Shown piece after piece: positions 63,001 through 64,000 of a DNA stretch of 64,000 nucleotides (positions are counted from its first letter, which is position 1; every line of letters begins with the position of its first letter). The notes beneath the pieces were generated by a model. The model did no database searches and was not told the origin of the DNA. It saw nothing but the letters and a program-made list of their open reading frames with translations. A program made the translations under genes and the position numbers. The DNA lies in the NCBI GenBank assembly GCA_016779705.1, contig JADHNB010000002.1:1017-65016 (forward strand). Direction: 5' to 3'. This DNA is from Poseidonia sp. (GTDB lineage Archaea; Thermoplasmatota; Poseidoniia; Poseidoniales; Poseidoniaceae).

Positions 63001-64000
63001 GTTGGCCGTGGACAACTCGTTGTCGTTGTACCAAGGCTTACCCATCGTGGTGTTGTCAAACACGGTCTTGACGTCAAGTCGATAGACACCCGAAACGAAC
63101 TCGTGGCTGGCGATGGTCGACAGGGCGGCCTGTTCAGCGTCCACGTTCGTTCGAGAGGTGGAGTAGGTGGCGTCCTGCACGAAGGTGTACTCTTGGAGCG
63201 AGATGTTGTTGAAACCAACGCCTTTGAACCCGTCGTTGATGCCGTTGCGTCCGTCATCATCGGATTGGAATTCAAAGTGGACATCAACGGTCGAACCCTG
63301 GAGCGACATGCACTCAGCCCGCCATTGCGTCGAATCCGAAGAGGACCGGTTGAGCACGTACAAGTGGGTTAGGTCGATGCTGGTGGTCTTGACGAGTTCC
63401 TCGGTGTTGAAGAACACGTTGTAGTTGCCCGTGCCGTCGGTGTTGGCAGGGTCCCCGATGAATTGCAGTTCGGTCTGGTCAATGGACTCCGTGGCGTTGA
63501 CAATGCCGTTGCCGTCGTCGTCGTTCTGACAAGTGCCGTCTTCGTTGTAATCGTTCCATTGAGCGTAGACCAGGCCGGTGTAATCCGTGCCGTCCTTGGC
63601 GTAATCCACGGTCATGACGGCGTAATCGCTGGGGTCAACGTTGCCGTTTTGGTCAATGGTGTAGAAGGTGTCAGCGTAGTATTCGAAGTTGAGGGATACG
63701 AAGTCACCGCTCATGCTCGTCAAATCAATGTCGGGAATGGTGAGGGTTTCGTTGGCCCAAGCGTCATCGTACCCGTTGGTGCCGGTGTCACAAGGATGAC
63801 CGAACCAGTAAGCGTTGTTGTTGAAGATTTTCGTTGAACAGGAGTTCTCGTTGTAAATGGCGCCCTTGGGCTGTTGGTTCTCTTCGTAACGGTAACCCTG
63901 AGTGCCTCCTTCAAAGGTCTCCTCGCAGACGGCCGATGGGGTTCCACAGTACACGTCGGAAGGCGTGGCGGAAAACACCGTGGCTTCGATGTCAAAGTCG
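60061..64000 (-). CDS. Giant acidic surface protein (PKD/Ig-like domains, C-terminal TM, A/Q/Y-rich cytoplasmic tail); 5' end outside the window
   Basis: Frame open to the window edge (over 1300 aa); FDASNSSD.D...YEW PKD-like motif; TM followed by RK and a tail. Confidence 0.85.
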   Translation of the reverse strand, partial: DFDIEATVFSATPSDVYCGTPSAVCEETFEGGTQGYRYEENQQPKGAIYNENSCSTKIFNNNAYWFGHPCDTGTNGYDDAWANETLTIPDIDLTSMSGDFVSLNFEYYADTFYTIDQNGNVDPSDYAVMTVDYAKDGTDYTGLVYAQWNDYNEDGTCQNDDDGNGIVNATESIDQTELQFIGDPANTDGTGNYNVFFNTEELVKTTSIDLTHLYVLNRSSSDSTQWRAECMSLQGSTVDVHFEFQSDDDGRNGINDGFKGVGFNNISLQEYTFVQDATYSTSRTNVDAEQAALSTIASHEFVSGVYRLDVKTVFDNTTMGKPWYNDNELSTANNIERVIFNVESVDISIGKPDTLTCHADQTLPCVLPIDSALTHSWEFQATNGVLGGDYIFYMEVTDLADGIQAHLVDSGPAVSLESQQKTDVSFTPWNGWMDGHTYNISFYGRLSDGSETGNERYFHATFADMVDVAILSDTSSRTTAIKQDLAILNMTYTQFEINDWDTYFDAGWFTHYDKIILPWQEQLVAKDTQFGGDGYYQYLGEPARRTVLENFMSAGGTVQAHLGPLGSQIYGLDQGLAGRLPFGLDIQSRDTAETQVTYSTMDLADPYHPVMDNIDVNAFQGFDASSGVAQAVLNTKSVSTNNVPETCDGYMEDGGYFQRLIRSSEDIQDTVLGVCSYYSGGMIISTIDVATHSERADSTTFPLLGNLLQYQVTPYPDGFGTLGNGLDITINGEVPGIDPSTGKYALRYMKSDATLEFGFTTTTTETLQTDWIIDGPTNWDGSSLASGLTGHTTEGAPSMMFCKADLASQTGCAQGEQWHITLMLHDENGHARTIDVTVETNDVYADEFRPEADATIDIRTDYQDNVEFTGTKTVSNVEWDVYQITLQGDGPDAELVIHFDASNSSDADALDGNGIETYEWKVLFDAPYGDDTFDLDGHTFTQSAASGGMWSYKFKNVTVDSTGTTTNQIRMELVVYDSAGKFSEKHRMYFVIVPEGFGDEEPAIQWDNVNLNESKFDADTITISGTVLSGAETSEVYVEAAFFEEDFSASPVMKYNMSTQGLWGRSDALGDNDRFEITLNVDSFYTNKSTSQRVYIKYYEGDDERWVTIKWIELNLPACQGLEADPQAEAAGGEFVLDANGDCQWNGAWSYDPTTGVWKDNTQTTDGGDSTEAGLDPVMLIAGVILLLVVIGATLVFMRKGGEKEDAFGGMEGGFGADALDPTEQYVQQLIAQGYPEDTARAFAAQYVAGAAAQPAAAAQPAATQPAAQPAAAFDQAVYEQYYNQFVSQGYDAATAAAYAQQYAIQYAQSQQ

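Overview
A GC-rich (about 60% by eye), gene-dense archaeal chromosome segment. Gene content and style point to Marine Group II Euryarchaeota (Ca. Poseidoniales, Thermoplasmatota); this assignment is an inference. The supporting markers are Alba, Bud32, a thermosome, CDC48/VAT, pyrBI, DnaK, a bacterial-type ThrRS, an actinobacterial-type Sdh1 and several giant acidic surface proteins. Most of the window is housekeeping: nadA, tRNA-Gly(GCC), peptidases, a chaperone operon, tdh, pyrG, a sirtuin, thrS, pyrB/pyrI, a tRNA thiolase, cdc48, an aldehyde dehydrogenase, sdhCAB and an ABC exporter. No CRISPR array, transposase or prophage is evident. The most unusual observations are: (1) a Gar1-like domain fused to an R/G/D-rich repeat-expanded disordered region carrying two RNA-binding-type RanBP2 zinc fingers, an architecture reminiscent of eukaryotic FET/ZRANB2 proteins; (2) a cysteine-free Mrp/ApbC ATPase whose CxxC loop is replaced by an Ig-like beta insert, next to a Cys-rich DUF971 protein; (3) a two-gene Roadblock module with a 1062-aa DUF2226/PATAN-like + Roadblock + coiled-coil protein; (4) an agmatinase / SpeD-like / DHS-like operon suggesting a non-canonical homospermidine route; (5) a 1-kb AT-rich islet encoding a tandem ribbon-helix-helix-like + RDD protein; (6) a cdc48 / PRC-barrel / DUF4350-like / DUF58 operon with no MoxR ATPase. 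All family calls come from motif recognition only; no database searches were run.
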